Positions 33,590 through 38,026 of a stretch of DNA of 38,026 nt are shown piece by piece. Every line of letters begins with the position of its first letter. The first letter of the stretch is position 1. Position numbers and translations under genes: made by a program. Under the pieces are notes generated by a model. That model worked only from the letters and a program-made list of their open reading frames with translations, had not been told where the DNA came from and did no database searches. This stretch comes from Octopus sinensis (Eukaryota), in NCBI RefSeq assembly GCF_006345805.1, contig NW_021835909.1, forward strand, positions 1 through 38,026. The letters are read 5' to 3'.

Positions 33590-34140
33590 TTTATTCATTT
33601 ATTTGTTTCAGTCATTTGACTGCGGCCGTGCTGGTGCACCGTCGTTAGTCGCACAAATCGACCCGAGGAGTTATTCTTTGTAAGCCTAGTACTTATTATG
33701 TGAGGGCGCGTGGCTTAGTGGTTAGGGCATTCGGCTCATGATCGTAAGGTTGTGAGTTCGATTCCCGGCGACGCGTTGTGTCCCTGAGCAAGACACTTTA
33801 TTTCACGTTGCTCCAGTCCACTCAGCTGGCAAAAATGAGTTGTACTTGTATTTCAAAGAGTCAGCCTTGTCACTCTCTGTGTGACGCTGATTATCCCCGA
33901 GAACTACGTTAAGGGTACACGTGCCTGTGGAATGCTCAGCCATTTGCACGTTAATTTCACGAGCAAGCTGTTCCGTTGATCGTATCAGCTGGGACCCTCG
34001 TCTTCGTAACCGGCGGAGTCTTTTTTTTTTAAGTACTTATTATGCAATCGTTCTTCATTGCCGAACCGCTATGGTACGGGGCTGTAAACACATCACCATC
34101 AGTTGTCAAGCGATAGTGGGGGACAAACACAGACCACAAA
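33590..34140 (-). mobile_element. SINE family D 3' portion interrupted by a family C SINE
   Basis: ttgtttcagtcatttgactgcggcc...ttctttgtaagcctagtactta, insertion, ...gccgaaccgcta...gggacaaacacagac. Confidence 0.85.
33701..34031 (+). mobile_element. tRNA-derived SINE family C (V/CORE-like centre, tail 1) with 13-bp TSD
   Basis: A-box TGGCTTAGTGG 33711-33721, B-box GAGTTCGATTCC 33754-33765, gtgtccctgagcaagacact. TSD AGTACTTATTATG at 33688-33700 and 34032-34044; ends in T10. Confidence 0.9.
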
Positions 34141-34179
34141 CATATATATATATATATATTGTATATATATGTATATATA

Positions 34180-34385
34180 GTTAATCCAAACATGAAAGCA
34201 CAAAAAAATCACAACGCGAGGACGTGGAACAAATATAGTATTATTGAACGCTCAGGAAAGAAGGAAAGAAGGAGGGTTTAACGTTTCGAGCGGAGCTCTT
34301 CGTCGGAAACATAGGAAAAGGAAAGATCCAGAGAAAGGAAAACAGAGGAAAACAAATCGCCAACGGTACACACGCGTTCACATTT
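34180..34385 (-). mobile_element. Short Penelope-LTR-like element with hammerhead-like motif (34276-34310)
   Basis: Minus strand GUUU, CCGACGA, A, GAGC/UCC/GCUC, GAAAC, GUU, AAAC, then CCTGAGCG; (TA)n on both sides. Confidence 0.6.
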
Positions 34386-36313
34386 TGAATGTATATATAT
34401 ATAATATATATATATATGTATATATATAGCTAGAGAGAGGGTTCTGCGAGTTAACGGTGTCAAGAAAACCCAAAAATATAAGGTACTGCTGAGTAAGTGC
34501 TATGGACAGACTATAGTTAAGCTCCACGTTCGGTGATTATGCGAATGAGGAGTCCAACTTAGGTCATATATTAGCATGCCTATAGCTAAAGTTATGTAAC
34601 AATTGCCTCACACGTAAACTTATATCACACATTTGTGTGCCACGTAAATTATGCCCCATACTTGTGATACGAAATGTATGATAACCGACAACTGAATACA
34701 CTGCCAGACTAATATCTTTTCGAATGGAATCAATCAGTTGGATATAACTTACTCTTTTACTCAATATAGGTTTAGCAACTTTTTGCTTTTCAAAGACAAA
34801 CAACTAGATGTACACACCTCATTTTATTTCTCAATTTGAAATATTTTCACCCAGTAGACACTTTTATAGACCGTTGTGTAATATTATACACTTATAGACA
34901 GAGTATATTTACATTTATTTTCGATATTATTAAACTTCTTAATTGTACTAGTGTTGCGATTCTATTGTGTAAGGTTTGTTATTTGACTAAATTTTTGCGC
35001 TTATTGAATCTAATATGTTTTTCAAATAAAAGAAAATGAATCAAAGATTCCGGAGAAATTTGTTATTATAGGCAAACCATTTCTGTCTACTTTACCATAT
35101 TATGTCTAAGAGACTGAAATAGCTTGCCGAATCTAATATATATTTGTTGAATATCCCAGTATGTTTTATTTTTATTGGATTTGTATCTCAGTATTTTGGC
35201 TTAACTATAAAATCATCCTTTTGTTGCTTTGTGTGTCTATATTTTGGTTAAGCTATAAAATTATCCTTATGTTTCTTTAGTGTTCGCTATGGTTTGTTGT
35301 TGTGTCATTCACACCACAATCGTTTCTATACATAATTTCGCTTCTGTAGACTTCACTTCCTTACACACCGCCTCTTGAAGGTTTATCATTAAAATCGATC
35401 GGGTAAAACAGTTTGAAATCTCTTCCAGGAGAAAAGGAAAGAAGTTAGAGGTTAGTAGTTGTCGTTTGGTGACAATTAAAGCTGCTGAACCGCTGCGCTA
35501 TGATCACACGATCTTTGTTGTACATAGTGCGGGATAAGGGATAACTGATCCGAAATACATACACCCCTCGGCCTCGATAAGGAACGCTTCGAACCGACTT
35601 AGTGTATTTATAACTATTGCACTTATTTGTCTTCAGTGAGAAATTCTCTCGACGGCAGAAATATAATGAATAATTTCCTTACGAGTTCGAATAGACCTTA
35701 AGAATAATTTTATGTGTGTTTGTGTGTTTTCTTTTATTTTTGGCAGATATTATTTTATGTTTGATCTTCTATATAAATGAAGATATATTCTTTGTTTTGT
35801 TACTTTACTTTAAACGAAATGAAAAGATACACTGCAGAACTGTCATTTTAAACGAGTTTTATTTATGTATCACCCGAAGAAACACATCTGCACCGCTGGA
35901 TGCTCCTAAACCAGTTCTTAAATATCCCATTTGTGATGGACCGATGCTATATCCGTCAAATGTAAATAATGTAGATATTTTTTACTAAACACATCGTTGT
36001 GCTCTCCCATTGTTTTTTTTGACTGAGAAAAATATACAGAGTGGAAAATAAATTATATATGTCGCACTCGGAGAATCAATGTTTCTCCAGGTCGAGATGA
36101 TGCTGATGCATCACTTGAAATATATTTGGCTGCTTTTAATTCCTCAATTTGATCAGATACTTTAAACTTTTATCATTGGTTTGTCCTTTCCGAAGTTCTC
36201 CCCTCAGATACAAACTTCAGCTGTGAAAAATCAACCGTAAGTATCTCACCAGCCTAGGAGGGACATGCGAAACCCATGGTCACTGCCTCTTCTACCTGAT
36301 TAAATCCTAAATA

Positions 36314-36815
36314 CAGTATTCCCTCGTTTATCGCCGTAGATTGGTTCCAAGACCGGCCGCGATAACTGAATCTCCGCGAAGTAGGGACACCATATTTACA
36401 GTATTTATTTAATGTGTATTTGGACTTTTAAAACCCTCCCTGCACTATTAACAACCAACCCATTACAGTAGTCTATTAATAACAAGGACAACTGTTAAGC
36501 AATAACACTTTAGATTTTAAAAAAATAAAGATTGTTACTGTTACACAGGCCAGATTACAAAATAGAAAGCTGTGATTCGCCGTCTCTCTCCATTGCACCA
36601 ATCACAGCCCGTCTTAAGTTCAAATACCCCTGTATATGCTTTTTGGCTATTTTATGCTTGTTTTATTGTTCCTAGACTAGGAAATAATATTTATTATTAA
36701 TATTTTAATGGATTTAATGAAAACCTTTAGGCGTTCATATATATATATATATATTTTAAATCCGCGAAGTCGTGAATCCGCGATAGTTGAACCGCGAAGT
36801 AAGGAGGGGTCACTG
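36314..36815. mobile_element. Tigger/pogo-like non-autonomous element (MITE), TA TSD
   Basis: TA|CAGTATTCCCTCGTTTATCGCCG ... CCGCGAAGTAAGGAGGGGTCACTG|TA imperfect TIRs, subterminal CCGCGA repeats, no ORF. Confidence 0.85.
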
Positions 36816-37339
36816 TAAACTATACAATCAAAACACATTCTCAACTTCGTTATTTTTAAAAAGTTATATAAGTCAGCTCTCTTTTCAGCACGACAGCCAG
36901 ACACGTATGCAGTTTCAGAGCCGTCCAGTTAGTAATAGTTACAAAAATTTAGCAGAATTTGCTACCATCAGTCTGACTGCCATTCACTGAAATAAAGTTC
37001 ATGGGCGCTGCCCTTCTTCATCTGGTTGAACCCTGTACAAAATATACGAAGAAAAAGGCAAGACTTTTATATAGTAATTATCCACGTCCTCAAGCATGTA
37101 ACCTATGAATGTAGATAAATTGGGTTTGAGAATTTTTAATGGTTTGTTTGCAATTTGTCGAGTTTATTTTGATTTAATATACTGTTTTCGTTTTACGTAA
37201 AGTAAACAAGGGGTTAATAATGATGGAAGAAGAAGCACAACACAAATCAACGCTAGCAATTCGATTAGACATTGTGACCTATCTCCTCTGTTCACCTTTC
37301 GAACATTTGTTTTAGAAGATAGAAACCCAAATGTACAAA

Positions 37340-37870
37340 TAAACAAACACAGACACACACACGCTCGCACACATACATAGACACACACTTACAAACACAT
37401 AAACACACACACAAACAGACACACAAACAAAGACGTACGAACACACAGAGTCATACACACACATACACACGCTCGTACACACATACACACTCAAAAACAC
37501 AAACACACACTCAGAAACACACACACAAACACACGCACAAACACACACACACACACAAACGCATACACTCTCTCTCACACGCACACATACAAACACACAC
37601 AGTCACACACACATATACACACTCAAAAACACAAACACACACTCAGAAACACACACAAACACACAAACACACACACTCACTAACAAACACATACGCAAAC
37701 GCACATGCTCGCACACACAAATATACAAACACACAAAGAGACACACACTCGCACACACATACACACGTTCGCACACACAAGCACACACGCCCAAACACAC
37801 ACTCAGAAACACATACACACATACTCGCATACACATACACACAGACAAACACACACACACACTTATATGT
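37340..37870. repeat. (CA)n-rich low-complexity tract with internal duplications
   Basis: Visible; acacactcaaaaacacaaacacacactcagaaac occurs twice (~37485, ~37617). Confidence 0.92.
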
Positions 37871-38026
37871 ATGTAAGTATATATATAAATACACAAACGT
37901 GCTCGGAAGGCAATTACGTGTCTCTATACAGAGGCGTACACATTCAGGCTTCCATTTGCAACGTACGCACATACACTGATATAAAGTAAAATAATTAAAA
38001 AATACCTCATTTTCTCTGCATTGATT

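Noticed and set aside
35413-35428. aaacagtttgaaat match to the 9066 exon-like segment
   Set aside because: Only 14 AT-rich bases with no flanking similarity; likely chance.

Overview
This is eukaryotic, repeat-dominated DNA that is AT-rich, CpG-poor and unusually dense in microsatellites. The SINE families and the (TA)n/(TAA)n/(GATA)n load look like an Octopus (cephalopod) genome; this is my recognition, not a database result. I could not support any intact protein-coding gene, true tRNA/rRNA gene or CRISPR array, and almost all ORFs in the supplied track are microsatellite artefacts. What the window does hold is (1) many copies of at least four tRNA-derived SINE families, several with clear target-site duplications (TSDs), including a TSD-flanked trimer and dimer joined at one fixed junction; (2) decayed transposon coding remnants: two R4/Dong-type non-LTR pieces (one running into a (TAA)n array), a mariner, a Buster/Charlie-type hAT, a Tigger-like MITE and a small LINE RT fragment; (3) a set of short Penelope-LTR-like elements in (TA)n tracts carrying hammerhead-ribozyme-like folds, the best being a near-canonical type I hammerhead present on both strands of a perfect 137-bp palindrome (32805-32941); (4) scattered, partly duplicated exon-like remnants on the minus strand that may be a decayed multi-exon gene, unidentified and low confidence. 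Out-of-phase single-base gaps in the long triplet arrays suggest residual sequencing indels, so some frameshifts and stops may be artefacts.
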